Part shown: positions 1 through 4,019 of the stretch, one piece after another | Layout of the letters: each line of letters begins with the position of its first letter | How positions within the stretch are numbered: the first letter of the stretch is position 1 | IMG/VR virus record: IMGVR_UViG_2534681999_000014 | Location: 1 to 6,229 of that record | DNA: 6,229 nucleotides | Direction: 5' to 3' (one strand) | Origin: a virus | Lineage: Duplodnaviria > Heunggongvirae > Uroviricota > Caudoviricetes | The notes under the pieces: model-generated | The model's database searches: none | The model's input: only the letters and a program-made list of their open reading frames with translations | Told to the model about the DNA's origin: nothing | Made by a program: the position numbers and the translations under genes

Positions 1-142
1 ATTTTGTGATGCAGTGCCTGGTGCCTCCAGGTGACGTTAACCAGTTAACAATTAACGCCGGATACAGAGAATCCACCCATAACACTGTTTTTGGTTTTAA
101 CTGTTCCGCGTGCGCTTAGCCGCATTCACCGCATCACAAAAT
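1..142. repeat. Perfect 12-bp inverted repeat pair, ATTTTGTGATGC (1-12) and GCATCACAAAAT (131-142), flanking about 118 bp
   Basis: Seen directly: 131-142 is the exact reverse complement of 1-12. The left arm touches the window edge, so it may extend beyond the window. Function unknown. Confidence 0.5.
36..57. repeat. Three GTTAAC-core palindromic motifs at 8-bp spacing (GTTAAC 36-41, GTTAAC 44-49, TTAACG 53-57)
   Basis: Seen directly in ACGTTAACCAGTTAACAATTAACGCC. Regular spacing of a self-complementary hexamer suggests a protein-binding array; this is inference only. Confidence 0.35.
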
Positions 143-232
143 TCACTTTAAAAAGGGCGGCAGAGCAGTCACGGAGTAAAACTGATACCGCCAAATGTCA
201 CCAGAAAATTGATAACAGAGGGCGTTGTAGCG

Positions 233-269
233 GGGTTGTCACTTAAGCGTATGGTCAACCTGACAACCC
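233..269. other. Hairpin: 9-bp perfect inverted repeat GGGTTGTCA / TGACAACCC around a 19-nt loop that contains CTTAAG
   Basis: Seen directly: 233-241 and 261-269 are exact reverse complements. Followed by GGTGCATTTTCTGG, which is moderately T-rich. Could be a terminator of an upstream plus-strand gene or a regulatory structure; not resolved. Confidence 0.3.
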
Positions 270-461
270 GGTGCATTTTCTGGAGCAATGGAGGAAACCC
301 CAGCCATACTTACCGCCGCGCCATTTCGCGGACTGCCACAACCGGAAGCGCACGGTCGACGAAAATTTAACGATAGGCTATCTATGAACCAGCAACCTCG
401 CCGTGTGCTTTCGTGTTGTGTGCCTGCTTTTTACCACGTCAGGCGAGGTGGTCCCCGTTAT

Positions 462-507
462 TCCCCAACAACAAGGATCTTGTTAATCTGGATATCCCCA
501 ACAACAA
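462..507 (+). repeat. 13-bp direct repeat TCCCCAACAACAA x2 (462-474 and 495-507) upstream of the 546-1037 gene; a small palindrome AACAAG-gat-CTTGTT (470-484) with a GATC site lies between the copies
   Basis: Seen directly. Position about 40-85 bp upstream of the probable ATG at 546 suggests promoter or leader regulatory sites; inference. Confidence 0.35.
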
Positions 508-545
508 TAAGAGTATTGAATGTGATCGCTGAATTAACGGCAGCA

Positions 546-1037
546 ATGACGGCTATTCGTGAAACCGCCCAGATTGCAAAACTAATGAACGAGGCAAAAA
601 CTCAAGCTGAAGTAAATGCGGCTATTGGTGAACTGAACTCAAAGCTTGCATCTATTCAGCGCGAATGCGTGTCTCTCGTTGAGCTGGTGGGCACTTATCA
701 AGAAATAAATGCTTCTCTCAAAGCTAAAATTGCAGAATTTGAAAACTTTGAGGCTCAGACGGAAGGTTATATCCTTAGCCAACTTGAGTCGGGAACTTTT
801 GTGTACTCGAAGGAGGTAACCGTGAACGGCGGCAGCATAATCATGCATCTTTGTCCAAAATGTTTTGGACAAAAGATAGTATCGATACTTCAGCCATTCC
901 CGGTTAGAGAATATGAATTTTTTCATAAAAGCAGGTGCCTGTACTGTGAAGATCAGTTTCTTATGAATAAAAATCCGGATTACGTATCACCTCCATCTAT
1001 TGAAGAGTTGGCCAGAAAACTGAACGGCAATCTGTAG
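546..1037 (+). CDS. Hypothetical protein, 163 aa: N-terminal predicted coiled-coil, C-terminal CxxC-X24-CxxC zinc-ribbon-like motif; AT-rich cargo gene convergent with the leftward prophage genes
   Basis: Part of the 288-1037 ORF in the track. The first 86 codons (288-545) are R/P-rich, more GC-rich and not protein-like, so the start is placed at ATG 546 (MTAIRETAQIAKLMNEAK...). In-frame TTG 520 and GTG 526 are alternatives; the SD is weak in all cases. Cys motifs CPKC and CLYC seen in the translation. The body of the gene is visibly more AT-rich than neighbouring genes. No family recognised from memory. Confidence 0.5.
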   Translation: MTAIRETAQIAKLMNEAKTQAEVNAAIGELNSKLASIQRECVSLVELVGTYQEINASLKAKIAEFENFEAQTEGYILSQLESGTFVYSKEVTVNGGSIIMHLCPKCFGQKIVSILQPFPVREYEFFHKSRCLYCEDQFLMNKNPDYVSPPSIEELARKLNGNL

Positions 1038-1151
1038 ATTTTTACTGTTATGGATATCCAGATTGTTAAAGAGCATGCCGGATGCTTGCTTGTGTCCGGC
1101 GCGTGTGCACCACTCTCCCCCCGTGGAGGATTCCTTAATTACCAGATTTCA

Positions 1152-1304
1152 TTAGTCAGAGTTTCTTGCTAACCAGCGACGCGCGCCAGATTCGGTTTTA
1201 AACGTTTTGCTTTTGGTATACGTCATCGCGGTGAACGTGCCGTCCTGGTTGGGAAACACGCCGTACACCAGAGATTCGTTGTTGCCAAGATCGATAGTAT
1301 CCAT
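1152..1304 (-). CDS. Small prophage protein, 50 aa, DUF1391 family (YdaF/YdfA-like)
   Basis: The track ORF 1152-1343 begins with TTG; the internal ATG at 1304 is preceded by GAGG with a 6-nt spacer (GGGAAATGAGGTCAACATG on the minus strand), so the start is placed at 1304. Translation MDTIDLGNNESLVYGVFPNQDGTFTAMTYTKSKTFKTESGARRWLARNSD matches my memory of the small Rac/Qin prophage proteins YdaF/YdfA. Stop TAA at 1154-1152. Confidence 0.6.
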   Translation of the reverse strand: MDTIDLGNNESLVYGVFPNQDGTFTAMTYTKSKTFKTESGARRWLARNSD

Positions 1305-1490
1305 GTTGACCTCATTTCCCCTTAACGCCGGGTAGCGGAACAAAAACCTGCTGCATCGTTATTAAAGTTGAACCCTGCCGTCATGTTCATACGCCTCGGG
1401 CTGGCTACTTACCCCCTGACCACTGCTTGGTAACTCGAAGTATTGCCCGGCGTTCTGTGGGGCGGGGTGGGTGGTTGGTGTATGTAATCT

Positions 1491-1530
1491 ACAATAAAAA
1501 ACTGTTTTTGTGTCAACAGTTTTTAATTGT
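1491..1530. promoter_or_regulatory. OL-like operator: two 15-bp ACA-N9-TGT sites (ACAATAAAAAACTGT 1491-1505; ACAGTTTTTAATTGT 1516-1530) with a TTGACA -35-like hexamer on the minus strand in the spacer (plus coordinates 1511-1516)
   Basis: Seen directly: the first site is identical to the site at 2526-2540 and the second differs by 1 nt from 2550-2564. The location leftward of the repressor operon and upstream of the leftward DUF1391 gene matches the lambda OL/pL position. Confidence 0.6.
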
Positions 1531-1540
1531 TGTTTTGGGC

Positions 1541-1563
1541 AAAAAAATCCCTCGAAAGAGGGA
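1541..1563 (-). terminator. Rho-independent terminator for the minus-strand repressor-antitoxin-toxin operon
   Basis: Minus strand reads TCCCTC-TTTC-GAGGGA followed by TTTTTTT: a perfect 6-bp stem (1548-1553 / 1558-1563) with a 4-nt loop and a 7-U tract (1541-1547), starting 18 nt after the ParE stop codon (1584-1582). Confidence 0.55.
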
Positions 1564-1581
1564 GTATGAAAATTGTTCAAC

Positions 1582-1869
1582 TCAGATAGAGAAGGGAAAT
1601 TGTCGCCGAGAATGTGTCACGCTTACAATCTCAATGCTTGAAGCAGCTACTCTGTACAGGATTATGTAGTTAGGGTGGGTCACGATCTCTCTCAATCCAG
1701 AAACCCGTTCGCTTGGTGGATATAAGTACGGATGCTCAGATAGAGGTAATACCGATGTTTCAATGCGTATTTTTAGTCTACGTGCTGCCGGTGGGTTCTC
1801 CTTGGCGATGTAAGTTATGATCTGGCGCAAATCATCGCGAGCAGACGGTAGCCATAAAATGGGTAACAT
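1582..1869 (-). CDS. parE2: Type II toxin, ParE/RelE superfamily (ParE2-like)
   Basis: 95-aa ORF MLPILWLPSARDDLRQIITYIAKENPPAARRL...YIILYRVAASSIEIVSVTHSRRQ shows the ParE pattern (L.W.P.A..DL..I..YI...NP.AA; Y.I.YRV....IEI..V.H..R). Its ATG (1869-1867) overlaps the upstream antitoxin TAA (1871-1869) by 1 nt, the classic translationally coupled antitoxin-toxin order. The gene symbol is from memory of the E. coli O157 paaR2-paaA2-parE2 system and was not verified by search. Confidence 0.85.
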   Translation of the reverse strand: MLPILWLPSARDDLRQIITYIAKENPPAARRLKIRIETSVLPLSEHPYLYPPSERVSGLREIVTHPNYIILYRVAASSIEIVSVTHSRRQFPFSI

Positions 1870-2060
1870 TACTCGCTCTTGTTAGTTACAGCAATTTGAG
1901 CAATAAGATTTTCCATTTCAGCCATTACCTCGTCATGTGGAATTGCGGGGCGAGTGTCTGCAAGGCTTGACGTTACTTTAGTGCGCAACCATTCGTTGTA
2001 ACTGTTTTCTTGTTCGGTAGTTTCGAATTCTGAAACTATCGGAGAAAGGGCTGTACCCAT
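1869..2060 (-). CDS. paaA2: Antitoxin of the ParE toxin, 63 aa, PaaA2-like
   Basis: ORF MGTALSPIVSEFETTEQENSYNEWLRTKVTSSLADTRPAIPHDEVMAEMENLIAQIAVTNKSE lies immediately upstream of and overlaps the ParE gene. SD AGGAG sits 7 nt upstream of the ATG (2060-2058). Size and the motifs SPxVSEFET...ENSYNEWLR.KV..SLAD.RPAIPHDEV match what I recall of PaaA2; recalled, not searched. Confidence 0.75.
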   Translation of the reverse strand: MGTALSPIVSEFETTEQENSYNEWLRTKVTSSLADTRPAIPHDEVMAEMENLIAQIAVTNKSE

Positions 2061-2087
2061 GGCATAACTCCTCTTCTTGTACTGTGG

Positions 2088-2489
2088 TCACGCCCGGCGG
2101 CTTTTTTGTGCCGCCAGCCACCTAGCAATGGTTTCTTCCATTGATTTTTTCTTGTCTTTGATTTCTTGAAGCATTTTTTCTTGGTCTTCCTCAGGAAACG
2201 CACTAAAAGCTTGGAGCAGTTCGCGTTGGCGAGGACCAATTTTCATCGTGTCAGGGGTGAAAATTTGCTCACACTCTTCAGGAGGCAATAAAAACCAATG
2301 CAATGGATGCCCTGAAACCTCAACCAGTTTATCCAAACTTGAGGCTTTAGGTGTAGCCTTACCGCTGACCCATTGTTGAACAGTTTGTTGTGTCACACCA
2401 ATTCTACGGGCAAGCTCAGCCTGGCTCCATCCAGTTTCCTGAAGAAGCTTGCTGATTCTGTACATAGATACTTCTAGGGCGCTCATCAT
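2088..2489 (-). CDS. paaR2: HTH XRE-family transcriptional repressor: CI-like lysogeny repressor (RacR/DicA-like architecture) and probable third component (PaaR2-like) of the toxin-antitoxin operon
   Basis: 133-aa ORF with an N-terminal helix-turn-helix (SQAELARRIGVTQQTVQQWVSG) and a C-terminal region (ELLQAFSAFPEEDQEKMLQEIKDK) resembling the DicA-type C-terminus. Divergent from the Cro-like gene across a multi-site operator; 27 nt upstream of the antitoxin on the same strand. No SD upstream of ATG 2489, so the mRNA may be leaderless; an alternative start is M9 at 2465. Confidence 0.8.
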   Translation of the reverse strand: MMSALEVSMYRISKLLQETGWSQAELARRIGVTQQTVQQWVSGKATPKASSLDKLVEVSGHPLHWFLLPPEECEQIFTPDTMKIGPRQRELLQAFSAFPEEDQEKMLQEIKDKKKSMEETIARWLAAQKSRRA

Positions 2490-2500
2490 TATTCAATTTT

Positions 2501-2564
2501 ACAGGTAAATACTGTTAAAAGCATCACAATAAAAAACTGTTGATTGCATACAGTTTTTTATTGT
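2501..2564. promoter_or_regulatory. OR-like tripartite operator: 15-bp ACA-N9-TGT sites at 2501-2515 (ACAGGTAAATACTGT, weakest), 2526-2540 (ACAATAAAAAACTGT) and 2550-2564 (ACAGTTTTTTATTGT), centres 24-25 bp apart; divergent promoters embedded
   Basis: Seen directly: 2526-2540 and 2550-2564 are perfect reverse complements of each other. A -35-like TTGATT (2540-2545) lies in the spacer between them on the plus strand, and TATAGT (2575-2580) is a strong -10 candidate upstream of the ydaS-like SD GAGGAGG (2587-2593). On the minus strand, TAAAAT (plus 2496-2501) lies 6 nt from the repressor ATG. Confidence 0.65.
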
Positions 2565-2597
2565 AGGCTTTGCTTATAGTTTTTAGAGGAGGGCAAA

Positions 2598-2870
2598 ATG
2601 CTAGATAGCACTCGCGAAAAAATTAGGCAGAAATACACTCAGGCTGAAATAGGTCGTTATATGGGGGTCGCTCAACAGACTGTTTGGCAATGGTTTAGCT
2701 TTGGCGTTCCCCCAAAGCAGGTAATTCCGTTATGCCAACTAATGAAGTGGGAAGTTACCCCGCATGAAATCCGCCCAGATATTTATCCTAACCCAACCGA
2801 CGGTTTACCTGTTGGATGTAAGGTTAACACATCAAATGCGCCGGAGTTGATTCATGAAAATCAAGCATGA
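2598..2870 (+). CDS. ydaS: Cro-like small DNA-binding protein, YdaS family
   Basis: 90-aa ORF with strong SD GAGGAGG 4 nt upstream. HTH region AEIGRYMGVAQQTVWQWF followed by VIPLCQLMKWEVTPHEIRPDIYP resembles E. coli Rac YdaS as I recall it (…PAIERATRGEVLCEELRPDIDW). Divergent from the repressor. Confidence 0.75.
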   Translation: MLDSTREKIRQKYTQAEIGRYMGVAQQTVWQWFSFGVPPKQVIPLCQLMKWEVTPHEIRPDIYPNPTDGLPVGCKVNTSNAPELIHENQA

Positions 2871-3279
2871 ACACATCCGCATGGCGATGAATGCCTGGGC
2901 GCATCCGGACGGCGAAAAAGTACCGGCTGCGAAAATTACCAAAGCGTATTTCGAGCTGGGAATGACGTTCCCGGAACTGTATGACGACAGCCATCCGGAA
3001 GCCATGGCTCGCAATACTCAGAAAATTTTCCGCTGGGTGGAGAAAGACACTCCTGATGCGGTTAAAAAAATTCAGGCGTTGTTACCAGCGATCGAAAAAG
3101 CGATGCCGCCTCCGCTGGTGGCCCGAATGCGCAGCCACAGTTCCGCTTATTTTCGGGAGTTGGTAGAGACGAAGGAACGGCTGGTGAAAGATATTGATGA
3201 TTTCGTTGCATCAGCGATCGTTCTGTTCGATCAGATGAATCGTGGTGGCCCGGCAGGAAACACTCTGGCTGTGCATTAA
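2854..3279 (+). CDS. ydaT: YdaT-family protein (CII-like functional analog)
   Basis: 141-aa ORF starting MKIKHEHI and ending ...VH, with a central KIQALLPAI segment; these match the start, end and central motif of E. coli YdaT as I recall it. SD GGAG 7 nt upstream of the ATG. The start overlaps the ydaS-like 3' end by 17 nt. Confidence 0.75.
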   Translation: MKIKHEHIRMAMNAWAHPDGEKVPAAKITKAYFELGMTFPELYDDSHPEAMARNTQKIFRWVEKDTPDAVKKIQALLPAIEKAMPPPLVARMRSHSSAYFRELVETKERLVKDIDDFVASAIVLFDQMNRGGPAGNTLAVH

Positions 3280-3292
3280 TTGGGTAATAAAT

Positions 3293-3802
3293 ATGAGTAA
3301 TGACAAAAAATTGACACTGAGCGTTTACGAAAACAGTCCGCACATCTGGCGTGGCGGTTTATCTGATGTGGAGCTGGCAGAGTGGTTGATACATAAAGCT
3401 AATGCGCTGCTCTGGCGTTTGTCAGCCAGAGAACAGCGCAAGGAAACCAGAATAAAGCTGGCTGATGCAGAAGCGTGTGCCGGGCTTATTGAGGATTATA
3501 CAAATCTTGGTATTTCTTCAGCAGAGAGTGATCCCATTCAGCCTCTGAGCAGGGAGTCAATCCAGCACGCTGGTTGTATGGCACATCTTGTAACTGCTCG
3601 TCAACATGAGGTGGGTATTGGATCACTTCCGGCGGGATATTCGCTGATTCCAGAGCTGGTTGAAGCAAGAAAATCAGTTCAGAAAAAGAGAGATGACGCA
3701 CTTCAATTATTGAGAGAGCACTATGGCGCGATACCAGAATGCGAACAGCGTCGATACCCTGAAGGTTATGAATGGATGCAGTCTCTTTTTGAAGTTCGCT
3801 AA
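3293..3802 (+). CDS. Hypothetical protein, 169 aa, unknown function, inserted between the ydaT-like and replication genes
   Basis: Track ORF 3242-3802. The first ATG is at 3293 (MSNDKKLTLSVYENSPHIWRGG...), 14 nt after the ydaT-like stop; the region 3242-3292 overlaps the ydaT-like 3' end in another frame. Same orientation as the early-right operon. SD weak. No family recognised. Confidence 0.5.
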   Translation: MSNDKKLTLSVYENSPHIWRGGLSDVELAEWLIHKANALLWRLSAREQRKETRIKLADAEACAGLIEDYTNLGISSAESDPIQPLSRESIQHAGCMAHLVTARQHEVGIGSLPAGYSLIPELVEARKSVQKKRDDALQLLREHYGAIPECEQRRYPEGYEWMQSLFEVR

Positions 3803-4019
3803 TCAATATGTCGAGACGAAGGTATGTTTCGGCGCGCAGCCAGGCTCTGTAATCCGGGAGCATTTCGGGGCTGTTACACCAGCGGTTTGTTGCTGCAACA
3901 TTTAATACATGAGCCTGATAAAGGCTTTTCAAAAAATACATGTCGAACCTCCTCTGGTTCTGTCGATTGGGAACCACAGATTATATCCGGAGGAAGGTTC
4001 GGCACCAGATGAGGTAGCC

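Noticed and set aside
288-545. N-terminal 86 codons of the 249-aa track ORF (MEETPAILTAAPFRGLPQPEAHGRRK...)
   Set aside because: The composition is Arg/Pro-rich and not protein-like, and the GC content is higher than in the downstream AT-rich gene body. The GGAG at 282-285 is only 2 nt from ATG 288. More likely a leader or regulatory region; the gene is called from 546.
683-690. Chi sites GCTGGTGG at 683-690 and 3114-3121 (plus strand)
   Set aside because: Two occurrences in about 6 kb is within the normal Chi density for enterobacterial DNA; not evidence of a special feature.
639-926. 95-aa minus-strand ORF inside the 546-1037 gene
   Set aside because: Antisense shadow ORF fully nested in a better-supported gene; no SD and no recognisable features.
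1362-1669. ORFs 1362-1580 (-) and 1427-1669 (+)
   Set aside because: They overlap the OL-like operator, the terminator hairpin and the ParE 3' end. Low-complexity translations and no RBS; regarded as non-coding regulatory DNA.
2036-2239. 67-aa Lys/Arg-rich minus-strand ORF
   Set aside because: Alternative frame overlapping the repressor 3' end and the antitoxin 5' end; the in-frame HTH repressor and antitoxin calls explain this region.
2598-3279. Calling the ydaS/ydaT pair a toxin-antitoxin module
   Set aside because: Older annotations label YdaS/YdaT as a toxin-antitoxin pair. Their position after a CI-like repressor and operator, and their HTH content, fit Cro-like and CII-like regulators, so they are annotated that way.
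2832-3343. ORFs 2832-3014 (-), 2981-3166 (+) and 3062-3343 (-)
   Set aside because: All lie in alternative frames over the ydaT-like gene, which has an SD and recalled family motifs; treated as shadow ORFs.
3486-3977. 163-aa minus-strand ORF antisense to the 3293-3802 gene and the downstream gap
   Set aside because: It starts with GTG without an SD and runs opposite to the rightward early operon. The plus-strand ORF fits the operon context better, though neither has homology support, so this is a moderate-confidence rejection.
3723-4012. Small plus-strand ORFs 3723-3905 and 3824-4012 in the gap
   Set aside because: Cys/Arg-rich, non-protein-like translations without an RBS; the region is more likely regulatory.
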